Assembly (NCBI GenBank): GCA_965235115.1 | Contig: OZ249436.1 | Coordinates: forward strand, 20,400,001 to 20,464,000 | Source: Laetmonice hystrix | Lineage: Eukaryota | DNA length: 64,000 nucleotides | Reading direction: 5' to 3' | Shown here: positions 1 through 11,697 of the stretch, in pieces | Layout of the letters: each line of letters starts with the position of its first letter | Position numbering within the stretch: the first letter of the stretch is position 1 | Notes under the pieces: model-generated | What the model saw: the letters and a program-made list of their open reading frames with translations, nothing else | Database searches by the model: none | What the model was told of the DNA's origin: nothing | Made by a program: the position numbers and the translations under genes

Positions 1-1387
1 CAAGATTTGACAACTATAGGCCGTTACATACATCCAATGCCTACCTATGAACACTTTTTGTCGAGCACTTTGTCGAACTTGTCTGACAGGCACTTGGTTC
101 TGAGATCACTTTAAACATCCGCGGCGCCATCTATGGAGAAAAACATTGACCAAAAGAACGTGATGTTTTGCAGATTAAGCCTGGAAATAGAGGGTGAATT
201 TATATACCATTCGGTGGGGTTGTAATTTATGACGTAGTTGATATTTTCTTTGGTTGGTGACTATTTCAATGACGACTACGACCATCGCTACACAGATTCG
301 ATCTGCAACATCACGCTGTAGTCTTTTTACATTTTGCGATGTGTCATTGATTTCATCTCCACCGCTTTTGGAATAGGCCTAATCTAATTCAACCGGCTTT
401 TAAAAACTCTACATGTGTCCATATAAAGATCTTTCACACTCGTGAGCTTGTACGTACCTTTCCTGAAACAAATATAGACAATGCTCAACGTAATTGTGAG
501 AAAGATCGATATTGATGGCCACGAGTTCTACGGTTACACCAAGCCATTAACAGTGTTTCACAGGCTAGAGATCCGAAAAGGCCTGTTTCGTGAAACATGA
601 CTCGGTAATTTGCAAACATTGCATTCTAAAATTCACTTAAATCCCGAAGTGTCAAAATCCGAGCTTATCCTCAGTCCAAATTTTGAAGGAGGGAGTTGGT
701 TGACAGTCTTAGTGCTCAAACTCGCTGTCCAAATTAGATCTAGGCAATGTCATCAGTATACACACTTGATTCCAAAATAAACCACCTGCACTTGGCAAAA
801 AGTCACAGTACGCCACATAACTGGCTAAATGTGGGCAAAGAGCAAATAATCCATCCAGTCGGGGGTAAAGATTAGATAATTTGACAGCCTTGGATGTATT
901 TAACCACGTGTGCATACGTAAAGATCGGTCGACAGTTTTGTTTATATTACAAGACCACACATTTTGACAGTCTAAGTAAACCACATCGCTAAAATCAGCT
1001 TATACATGTATTTGGCAACCTTGGTTGCGCTGGAGAATCACCTGTGTCTAGGGCAAAGATCAATTATCACCAATACATGTATGTGCATGTCCCGTTACGC
1101 CTGTCTGACGCAACTGGGAGATATTAGGGATCTTTGATTATCCCAAAACTGTATCATATATGCAACATTTGTAAAAACATTCAAAAGTTCCGCACGTTTC
1201 ACGAAATGAAATGGTCGGAAAATGTACGCGATGGAGGAAAATACCCGCACGCGAAATGGCACATAAAATTAACGGTGTTCGGTATTATACCCGTTACTTG
1301 CCTAAAGTTAAGGAATGCACCATTTGAACTACTCGTACATGGGGCAAATATCAGACACTTGAGGCTGAATCACCTGTATCGGGACAA

Positions 1388-1657
1388 GGGTGGGGGGTGG
1401 GTATTTGGGGTTTTACGCCTTGCAACAGCCAGGGTCATATCACGGCGGTGAAGATGAGATGAAAGTCAGTTTTTCTTGGTGGAGGAAACCGGAGTACCCG
1501 GAGGAAACCACCGACCTTCGGGAAGGAACTGACTGACAAACCTTTCACACATGCAGCCCAGGCCGGGAATCGAACCCGGGTCGCAGCGGTGTGAGGCGAT
1601 GGTCCGAGGTGTCATGATGGAGCCGACACCTTAGACCACTCGGCCACCCGAGGCCCC
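1388..1657 (-). mobile_element. tRNA-derived SINE (~270 bp) with 12-bp target-site duplication
   Basis: Minus strand starts GGGGCCTCGGGTGGCCGAGTGGTCTAAGG (A box), then GGTTCGATTCCC (B box), then the core GGTTTCCTCCGGGTACTCCGGTTTCCTCC typical of V/Meta-type SINEs. TSD GTATCGGGACAA at 1376-1387 and 1658-1669. The paralogous site at ~4536 is empty. Confidence 0.93.
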
Positions 1658-1767
1658 GTATCGGGACAAAGATTGACATTTGACAGTTGTATCAGAGAAC
1701 CTCATGTGCATGAAGCCATAAGAAAACATTGTGGCAGCCTGGGCTGTCTCAGTCAAGTTTTCTTAAA

Positions 1768-3558
1768 AACAGCCTTGGCTGTTTTAGTAAACCACCTGTT
1801 TGTGGGTAAAAAATTAATATCACACAGCTTTGGCCGTGTTTCCAAACCACCTGTGTATGGGTAAAGATTAAATATTACACAGCTTTGGCCGTGTTTTCAA
1901 ACCACCTGTGTGTGGGTAAAGATTAAATATTACACAGCCTTGGCCGTGTTTTCAAACCACCTGTTTATGGGTAAAGATGTGGGCAAAGAGTCAGTTGAAC
2001 ATTAGAATACTATACCTTTTTTATAACTTTGAATCACCTGTATCGGGGCAAGGATAAGATATACACGGCCTGGTGGTGTTTTAGTAAACCACCTGTTTGT
2101 GGGTAGAAAAATAATATCACACAGCTTTGGCCGTGTTTTCAAACCACCTGTGTGTGGGTAAAGATTAAATATTACACAGCCTTGGCCGTGTTTTCAAACC
2201 ACCTGTGTGTGGGTAAAGATTAAATATTATACAGCCTTGGCCGTGTTTTCAAACCACCTGTGTATGGGTAAAGATTAAATATTACACAGCCTTGGCCGTG
2301 TTTTCAAACCACCTGTTTATGGGTAAAGATTAAATATTACACAGCCTTGGCCGTGTTTTCAAACCACCTGTGTGTGGGTAAAGATTAAATATTACACAGC
2401 CTTGGCCGTGTTTTCAAACCACCTGTGTATGGGTAAAGATTAAATATTACACAGCCTTGGCCGTGTTTTCAAACCACCTGTTTATGGGTGAAGATGTGGG
2501 GCAAAGAGTCAGTTGAACATTAGAATATTATACCTTTTTTATAACTTTGAATCACCTGTATCGGGGCAAGGATAAGATATACACGGCCTGGTGGTGTTTT
2601 CAAACCACCTGTGTGTGGGTAAATATTTAATATTACACAGCCTTGGCTGTGTTTTCAAACCACCTGTGTACATGGGTAAATACCTAATATAACACAGCTT
2701 TGGCCGTGTTTTCAAGCCACCTGTGTGTGGGTAAAGATTAAATATTACACAGCCTTGGCCGTGTTTTCAAACCACCTGTGTGTGGGTAAAGATTAAATAT
2801 TACACAGCCTTGGCTGTGTTTTCAAACCACCTGTGTATGGGTAAAGATTAAATATTACACAGCCTTGGCCGTGTTTTCAAACCACCCGTGTATGGGTAAA
2901 GATTAAATATTACACAGCCTTGGCCGTGTTTTCAAACCACCTGTGTGTGGGTAAAGATTAAATATTACACAGCCTTGGCCGTGTTTTCAAACCACCTGTG
3001 TATGGGTAAAGATTAAATATTATACATCCTTGGCCGTGTTTTCAAACCACCTGTTTATGGGTGAAGATGTGGGCAAAGAGTCGGTTAAACATTAGAATAT
3101 TATACCTTTTTTATAACTTTGAATCACCTGTATCGGGGCAAGGATAAGATATACACGGCCTGGTGGTGTTTTCAAACCACCTGTGTGTGGGTAAATATTT
3201 AATATTACACAGCCTTGGCTGTGTTTTCAAACCACCTGTGTACATGGGTAAATACCTAATATAACACAGCTTTGGCCGTGTTTTCAAGCCACCTGTGTGT
3301 GGGTAAAGATTAAATATTACACAGCCTTGGCCGTGTTTTCAAACCACCTGTGTGTGGGTAAAGATTAAATATTACACAGCCTTGGCTGTGTTTTCAAACC
3401 ACCTGTGTATGGGTAAAGATTAAATATTACACAGCCTTGGCCGTGTTTTCAAACCACCCGTGTATGGGTAAAGATTAAATATTACACAGCATTGGCCGTG
3501 TTTTCAAACCACCTGTGTATGGGTAAAGATTTAATATCACAGTCTTGGCTGTGTTCTA
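1768..3558. repeat. 55-bp tandem satellite array, periodically interrupted by a ~110-bp variant block
   Basis: Unit CAGCCTTGGCCGTGTTTTCAAACCACCTGTGTRTGGGTAAAGATTAAATATTACA; period 55 measured 2161->2216. Interrupting block AAGATGTGGGCAAAGAGTCAGTTGAAC... at ~1974, 2491, 3064. Confidence 0.95.
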
Positions 3559-4647
3559 AAGATGTGGGCAAAGAGCAACTAATCCAGTCAGTTGAATATT
3601 AGAATATCTCAGAGTCATACTTGATCTATATCATAATGTGTAGGAGCACTTGTAAAAATAATGATCGCACATTTAAGTGTAAGATAAATTAATCACCTGT
3701 GTCTGGGGAAAAGAATCAACAATACATTGGAGGGAAATACGCAGACGCGAATTGGTCTAAAATCTGGAATACATGTCCCAGAAAGTGACCCACGTTTGTA
3801 CGACGTAACTAGATATAAGCCGCAACCTTTTGTTATCAGGAGAACCCCCATATAATGACGGTCAAATTTCTGTTACAGCCTTGGCTGTTTTAGCAAATCA
3901 CCTGTGCAGGGGTAAAGATACATTAGCCAACCTTGGATGTATTATTCAAACCACCTGTCAATTGCAGGTGGGTAAAACCACAACTATCAAACTACCTGTG
4001 AATGGGGTAGCACACCACCTGTGAATGGGGTAAATTGTAGATATATTTGACAGCCTTGCATGTATTTAAACCACGTAAAGCTCGGTCGATAGTTTTGTTC
4101 ATATTACAAGACCACACATTTTGACAGCCTTGGCTTTTAAGTAAACCACATCGGTAAAATCAAATTATATTTGGCAACCTTGGTTGCACTTTGTGAATCA
4201 GCTGTGTCAGAGCAAAGATCAATGTTCGCCAATAAATGCATGTGCACGTCATGTTACGCCTGTCTGACGCAACTGAGAGATATTAGGGATCTTTGATTAT
4301 CTCAAAATTGTATCAAATATGCAACATTTGTAAAACATTCAAACGTTCCGCACGTTTCACGAAATGAAATAGTCGGAAAATGCACGCGATGGAGGAAAAT
4401 ACCCATACGCGAAATGGCACATAAAATTAACGGTTTTCACTATTATACCCGTTACTTGCCTAAAAGTAAGAAATGCAAGATTTGAACCATTTGTGTATGG
4501 GGCAAATATCAGACACTTTCGACTGTGAATCACCTGTATCGGGGTAAAGAATGGACATTTGAAATTGTATCAGAGAACCCCATGTATATGAGGCCAAAAG
4601 TAAACATTGTGGCAGCCTGGGCTGTCTCAGTCAAGATTTCTTTAAAA

Positions 4648-5342
4648 CAGCCTTGGCTGCATCTTAGTAAACCACCTGTGTATGGGTACAGCCTTGGCCG
4701 TGTTTTCAAATCACCTGTGTGTGAAACTGTTAATTACACAGCCTTGACCGTGTTTTCAAACCACCCGTGTATGGGTAAAGATTAAATATTACACAGCCTT
4801 GGCCGTGTTTTCAAACCACCTGTGTATGGGTAAAGATTAAATATTACACAGCCTTGGCCGTGTTTTCAAACCACCTGTGTGTGGGTAAAGATTAAATATT
4901 ACACAGCCTTGGCCGTGTTTTCAAACCACCCGTTTATGGGTAAAGATGTGGGCAAAGAGTCAGTTGAACATTAGAATACTATACCTTTTTTATAACTTTG
5001 AATCACCTGTATCGGGGCAAGGATAAGATATACACGGCCTGGTGGTGTTTTCAAACCACCTGTGTATGGGTAAATATTACACAGCCTTGGCCGTGTTTTC
5101 AAACCACCTGTGTGTGGTTAAAGATTAAATATTACACAGCCTTTGCCGTGTTTTCAAACCACCTGTGTGTAGGTAAAGATTAAATATTACACAGCTTTGG
5201 CCGTGCTTTCAAACCACCTGTGTGGGGGTAAAGATTAAATATTACACAGCCTTGGCCGTGTTTTCAAACCACCTGTGTATGGGTAAATATTTAATATTAC
5301 AGTCTTTGCTGTGTTCTCAAACAACCTTTGTATGGGTAAAGA
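4648..5342. repeat. Second, shorter array of the same 55-bp satellite
   Basis: Same monomer and the same interrupting block (~4943) as 1768-3558. Degenerate monomers continue to ~5990. Confidence 0.92.
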
Positions 5343-6965
5343 TGTGGGCAAAGAGCAACTAATCCAGTCAGTTGAATATTAAGAGTCATACTTGATCCAT
5401 ATCATAATGTGTAGGAGCACTTGTAAAAATAATGATCGCACCCTTAAGTGTAAGATAACATATTTGGCAAGCTTGGTTGCACTTTCTAATCACCTGTGTC
5501 TGGGGAAAAGAATCAACAATACATGCAGACGCGAATTGGTTTAAAAGCTGGAATACATGTCCCAGAAAATGACCCATGTGTGTATGACGTAACTATAGAT
5601 ATATGCCGCAACCTTTTGTTATCAGGAGAACCCTCATATAATGTCGGTCAAATTTCTGTTACAGCCTTGGCTGTTTTAGCAAATCACCTGAGCAGGGGTA
5701 AAGATACATAGGCCTATACATTCTTGTCACACCAACTGAATGGGGTAGTCCCACCACCTGTGTATTTCGTAAAGTTTAGATATACATGTACAAGACAGCA
5801 TTTGCTGTTGTAAAACCACCTGTGAATATGGTAAAGATTAAATTTATCTATGAGACAGCCTTGGCTGTATGTTGACATTGTGTATGTATGGGTTAAAATG
5901 AACTATATCTCGCAATCTTGGATGTATTATGAAGCCATCTGTATGTGGAAAACAGCCTTGGCTCGTCAGTGAACCAATGTGTATAGGTCAAACCATATAT
6001 TACCAGATTTAACATAGGATGAAGTGACAAAATTAATTCTAGTGAAAGAAACCCATGTACTCCACCTCAGTCATTCTTGACACATATCATATGTGTATGG
6101 ACAATGGCTCATTGCATATATTTGTAGGTACAAATGGTTGATGGATAAGAGGCACTTGTAAAAAAAAATGAGAAAAGAAAAATAATTAATATGCATATAT
6201 TACACAGAACGAGAATCAACGTTACTTTTGCGAGATGGAAACCGAGATACTCTGAAGGGCATGAGAAATCCATCTGTGATCCTCTTATAACTGTACCAAA
6301 TATACAGACATTTTGGCAGCATCCACTAAACCCGTCAAACATTAGTTATATTCGCAAAAAGTACGCGATTGGGGGAAAATACGCAGATGCGAAATGGCCT
6401 AAAATCTGGAATACATGTCCCAGAAAGGTATCGGCCAGAAATGTATTGTAGCGTTATTGTCAGCAGGTAGGCAAGGTAGTCCTGCCACGTTGATCTTTGA
6501 ATTACTGGTGCATGGGACAAAGATGACATTTGAAACTGAATCACATGTCGAGGGTAAAGAATGGGTGAAGATAGCATTACCTTATCAATGAAAACATTTG
6601 TTTGGAAATGGTACTTTGTATAGAAGGAAAGTATGTCCATAATGATCGACCACCTCGCTCCACCTATTCACTCTTGCCGCCTGAACAATATTGTTTTTGT
6701 CTGAAGTTATAGGCCTAGTACCAAGTCAACAATCTGAGAGTTTTTACGCGTGTGCACAATTCGCATCGAGATCTGCGTGACAATTTCTGTATCGCAGTAA
6801 TCATTTAAGCGCATTTAGATCATCATCTTTATGGATTCACCAGGGCTATCACTGTCCCTAATGAATACGTCCGTCATCAAATAGACCAATTTTGGCCTAG
6901 TTTCCTTAAATGAGATATACCTGGACGTCTCCAGATGTATTTCTAGCTAGTACTAGAAACCGGTC

Positions 6966-8083
6966 CTACCTGTCGCTGAGGCATGGCACATACTGTCAAA
7001 CAAAAACAGAAATTTTGCAATTAATAGTTCTGAAATTACTTTATCGATTCGATACTACGTTGTTGGGCGAACCAGGAGCAAAAACTATTGAAGCCAGATG
7101 AACTCGTACTTGAATCGGTGATAACGTTATCTACATTATTAAAATCAAATTAAGTCAAAAATATCAATATAATCCACTTACTGATCCAGTGTCCAGGTGC
7201 CGCTTCTCGTAGCTGATGGGAACCTGGTTGATGGGAGCCTGGTAAATGCCACACGGCATATAAAGTCATGCCACACGGCATATCAGTTCATCAGGCTTAT
7301 CAGTTCATCAGGCTAAAGTCCACCAGGATGCCATACATCCTCGGCTCACAACAAAACACAAATTTCGCAGGTTCATGGGTTCGTATCCATGAGACACCTC
7401 ACACACTCCAGGTAATCCGTGCGGAGAAGGGCAGGAATAACACGCACAGATGGCAGCACATGTTAAGCGCCGTGTCAAGGTTAGGTCATTACCTCAGACA
7501 TGGCGTCCTCAGTGAAACGCTTGCTCGAAAACCTAAGGTTAAAAAAGGAAAAGCATATGGAAAAGTAAAGAGTCTTCCAGTCTCACTAGGTCTAGGGTGA
7601 GTTCAAGAGATATAGAAAGTAGGCTTACAATCACCTTTGTTTAAATGTCGCTGCCCAGAGTAGTTGGGCAATTAAATCTGAGCCTTGGTACATTGACTGG
7701 GCAAGAGTACATAACAGGTCACATGACACCACTGGGCAAAGTATCTAGGTCGTCACATTGAATTTCTGGGCAATAGTATCTAAGATGCCACATTACATGA
7801 CTCCACAACGGATGACGGCATCGTCGTCATCCAACCTACTTTGAATACACTATTTGACAGATTTGAATTCTAAGTAAATTCTTACCTTAATGTACATTTA
7901 TCATCAGGTACATCTTGTGCGATAACCCTGACGCCCTTCTCCAGATTACTGAACGGAGAGCGAGGAGATGATCCAGGAAAAATCCCTGAAAATCCAAAAC
8001 CGAAAGTTAAGCTTTGCCGACTCGCAGAAAAAGAAATATTACGATACAGTAGTTTGTACCTAGAAATGTGTTTGGCCTTGAAA
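6966..8083 (-). CDS. Candidate chain of small coding exons of an unidentified gene or pseudogene: 8083-8060, 7985-7886, 7532-7493, 7223-7182, 6992-6970 (or read-through to stop 6968-6966)
   Basis: Each segment is bounded by pyrimidine-tract-AG and GT donors (GTACAA, GTAAGA, GTAATG, GTAAGT, GTAGGA). Junction phases 1,2,0,0 join into an open frame: xSRPNTFLGIFPGSSPRSPFSNLEKGVRVIAQDVPDDKCTLRFSSKRFTEDAMSEVPISYEKRHLDTGSYVPCLSDR. No family recognised. Confidence 0.35.
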
Positions 8084-8602
8084 CTACAAATAAGACCAAA
8101 ATTAAAATACAACAAAATTACAATTATAACCCGGTTCATACCCCGATGTTACAGGGAATGTTACGCCGAATTCCGGGAGATAATTCCCATCCTTGATTTT
8201 TCCCCTATAATTTACCACTGCAATACCGTAGCTAGCGCCACCGGTACATTAATTTGTCAACACGGAACTTCACTGGACATTTTGAGAGCTGAAGGGCCCC
8301 AAAAACACCCATGTAGCTAGGGGCACATTAATTTACGAACAGCTTCCCGAGAGTTGTACAGGGCTGTAAAACTGTATTTTGAATTGGTTGGTGGGTATAC
8401 TTCAAGCGCCTCATAATTGTGTATTCTGCAGAACTTACTGTATTGATATATGACTGGAGGCTGGTCGTTTTAGTAGTAATTCGAGTGCATATCACAGCAG
8501 CCAATACACCAGAGTAAGCAAGACCTGAACCGTTCGACTCAGGAAAGTCTGCAATAAAGAGAATAAATAAATTTCAGGCCTATAGTTAAACTGGTACCCT
8601 TA

Positions 8603-9348
8603 GGCCCGGCTCCCACGATCAAGAAATCTTGTCAAGTTTCTTGAGCAAGATCTTGTCGGGTACTTCACACGGCATCAAGAAATTTCTTGAAAACATGCCG
8701 GCAAATATTGCCCAAGTTTCTTGGCAAGGAAACCTGGGCAATTTCTTGCCGCGTGACTCACACGATCAAGGGTATTTACTATTGACTCAATATTTGTGCA
8801 TACAGGAGCAAGTTTTCATTCTTGCCGCAGACATGGTAGGGTCTGTAGAAATTTTCAAATTCAAAAAGGTCAAATCTGAAAGTGTTAACACCAGGTGTTA
8901 AGAAAGTGTTTCATATACAAGAATTGTTTCGTAAATACAAGAATTCACCTCCTGCTGGGTGTTTCATTAACACCGTTTTAACACCTACTTAATGCCAGAG
9001 TAACACCTGACTAACACCTAGGAAACATTCCGACCCAGTTTCACTATCTCAAATTGGAGGAATAGGCCTGAGATCTCACCTCACCTCGTGTTTCCAGTGT
9101 ACTCTGGGGTCCTTCAAGTCCAGCAATATATTGCTGAATTTAGAACACGGTTCTATTACGTCAATATTGCGCAATTTATTGTCGACTAACCTTCACACGG
9201 GATTCCCACGGCACAACAAGAATATTGGTCAATATTGCTCAATATTCGTTGTCAATATTGAGCAAGAACCTTGACGGGCATATCACACACAACAAGTTCC
9301 TTGAGTCAAGAAAACTTGACAAGATTTCTTGATCGTGGGAGCCGGGCC
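8603..9348. mobile_element. Non-autonomous TIR DNA transposon (MITE), probably PIF/Harbinger-like
   Basis: Perfect 37-bp TIR GGCCCGGCTCCCACGATCAAGAAATCTTGTCAAGTTT at both ends. Flanked by TA on each side (TTA left, TAA right). No transposase ORF. Superfamily assignment is inference. Confidence 0.9.
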
Positions 9349-10627
9349 TAACTCAGAATAAACTAGGAACTCGAAAAGAATTGGGCCGTTCAAATTTTTA
9401 CAGTAGTGTACGCAGTCGTGCAGAATCAACTAAATCCAGTGGAATTCTCCAAGACCAAACCCCATAATGTAGATACGTTGATTTCTAAATTTGCAAATCT
9501 TGATTCATTTGAACTTTTGACACGGTTGCACAAACATTTTCAATTGTTTAAGATAAGAACCGAAATTTACACAAGCATGTTTTCGCACGTTCCTCTTCTA
9601 CCTATCGAATAACCGAGGAAATTACTATACATGTATTTCCTTTTTATCCAATCAACATTTTTACGTACCATGCGGATTATTCTCTGTCGCAATTCCTTGA
9701 TGTTAACATTTCATTACCACACGTGTACAGTCGTCTCTCGAATGAGCACAGCTGAACTTAAAATAACTCTTTTATACCACACAGCGTTCTCAAGAGCCAA
9801 TCTGATTGGACTGCTTGTCCAAGGGATGTAAACACACCTCGTGCCACGATACGCCTTGATGTCCGTACCACATCGCAAGTTCAAGGTTGCCAGCCATCAG
9901 CATATTATATTGCACGGATACATGCGTAATTTCAGCCCGCCTTTTTGATTATAATTTGTGATGAAATGTCACCATTTTGCGTAAAGAAAAAGTACGAGAG
10001 TGTAAACAATGACTATCTCTAATTTAAAAAAACGAAAATCCTGAAATTGTCGGGGCTGAATATTCCATGTTTTACTTTGAAAAGTCTGCAATGCTGTCGA
10101 ACCCCGACTGCCCGGTTGATCCACGATCGAGTCCCTGAATTGAGATGCTAAAAATGAGGTCCCCTATTATTATATAATTGGTGCATACTAAGCTCACGTA
10201 CATAGGTCAAATGCATAGACCTATTTCCAACCCCCTGCCCCTGACTAAAGCGATTCTGTTCTCAAAACAGTTCTGGAGCCAATTACATCTTATGTTAGAA
10301 ACATTCCAATTATTTCCGCTATATGGCTATCTGCATGTGTGCAAATTCATCTCCAGATGCCAATCATATTTGGTAGAATATCGCCTTGTGGCCTGTCGTA
10401 TAAACACCGGTTTCAATATATCGGGGTCATGTATGGTATCGGTTTTGGCAGCAGTAGTCGTGACTAAACACTGAAACCGAGCGAATTTACCTAAACCTAC
10501 CTTGGCATATACCGAAACCGACCTATTTTTGACCACGATTGGCCACGATTGGCTATGATTCTTGGAAGACAGAGAGAGACAGAGAGATACAGAAAGAGAC
10601 ATGGACAGACAGGGAGACAGAACAGGC

Positions 10628-10824
10628 TAAGGGTGTAGCCAGGGGGGTTTCCGGGTTGCTCGGACCCCCCCCCCCCCCAAAAAAAAGATAATTAATAACT
10701 AATTAAATAACTAAATATAACTAAATGAATTACTAATATTACGGTTGGGAACCTCCCCCCCCCCCTCGCCATCTCAGTCGAACCCCCCCCCCCCCCCTTA
10801 TCTTAGTTCTGCCTACACCCCCTG
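10628..10824. mobile_element. Short MITE with imperfect TIRs and 5-bp TSD CAGGC
   Basis: Left TAAGGGTGTAGCCAG, right CTGCCTACACCCCCTG. CAGGC at 10623-10627 and 10825-10829. Poly-C tracts inside; inserted next to a GA-rich tract. Confidence 0.65.
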
Positions 10825-11356
10825 CAGGCGGACGGACTGAGATATAAAAAAAGGATAAAAGCAAAGTCGACTGCAGTATACTTGTATCGTATAACATAAT
10901 AGTGCATAGGCATATTGGTTAGAGAGTGCACATCTTACGTACTTCACATTTGGAAATAATTTATTCTAGACGAATAAAGGGATATACAAAGATATGAGAT
11001 CAACATATACCACCTCTCAAGGCGACCTCTATCGTGGAGTTGCCACCTAGCGGCACATAGCTGACACACAGCTGGCTGTCGACGGACTGACGGGAGGCCA
11101 TTTGTACGAAGGATACACACAGATATAATAACGAATAGCCTTACTAGTAAAATCATGTCACAACAGAAATTGAGGGAGGGAGGTAATTTCATCAAGATAT
11201 CTCAAAAACTCACGGAGTTATGAGTATTGCCTTACAACTACCTAAATGACACACAACCGTGCAAGATGTTGAAAAAAGCAGAAGAAAAAATAGATTCCCA
11301 TTCCACATGAAAGAGAAGAGGGGCAATCTATTGGATCGTTGTATTAAACTGAAAAT

Positions 11357-11414
11357 CCGACATTTCAGAATTCCGCTCCTCCATAAAGGGAGGAGCGGAA
11401 TTCAGAAATGTCGG
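11357..11414. repeat. 26-bp-stem hairpin (1 mismatch, 6-nt loop)
   Basis: CCGACATTTCAGAATTCCGCTCCTCC-ATAAAG-GGAGGAGCGGAATTCAGAAATGTCGG. Probably the terminus of a Helitron/HINE-like remnant (inference). Confidence 0.85.
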
Positions 11415-11697
11415 GTTTCCCAAGGTATCAGAATAATAGTCTAGAACAAAAACAATTGCAAGATTCATATTTGATTGATCTGCTCTTCTAAGCTTTTCTA
11501 TTTGTGGATGGCCCGGTTACTCAAGGTTTCTGGACACCACGAATGGTGTCTTCTTACACAGAGGCACACTTCGAGACAGGATATCTAAATAGGCCTATTA
11601 TGTCTGTGTTGGGAGGACGCTTTTTAGAGGTGTGTATGATATAGGAGTTCTTTTACGCACTGATCTTCCGTACTTGAGATTTGGAATTAACTTTTAT

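Larger units (their letters stand above)
880..5760. repeat. Diverged tandem segmental duplication (copy A ~880-4030, copy B ~4045-5760) carrying a 55-bp satellite
   Basis: 881 TTGACAGCCTTGGATGTATT matches 4047 TTGACAGCCTTGCATGTATT. 1090-1380 matches 4250-4540 and 3560-3920 matches 5340-5710. A partial third copy lies at ~6360-6560. Boundaries approximate. Confidence 0.85.

Noticed and set aside
481..600. 39-aa ORF MLNVIVRKIDIDGHEFYGYTKPLTVFHRLEIRKGLFRET
   Set aside because: Protein-like but short, with an in-frame stop just upstream, no recognised family and no splice support.
1555..1657. tRNA gene
   Set aside because: The A and B boxes belong to the SINE head. Spacing is extended, and it continues into a SINE core bounded by TSDs.
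770..6570. Repeat-spacer pattern resembling a CRISPR-like array
   Set aside because: Spacing is irregular and the intervening sequences are themselves duplicated or are decayed monomers.
9085..9133. Extra minus-strand exon (QYIAGLEGPQSTLETRG) for the micro-exon chain
   Set aside because: It lies inside the MITE, and its GTGAG donor coincides with the end of the nested element; more likely coincidental.
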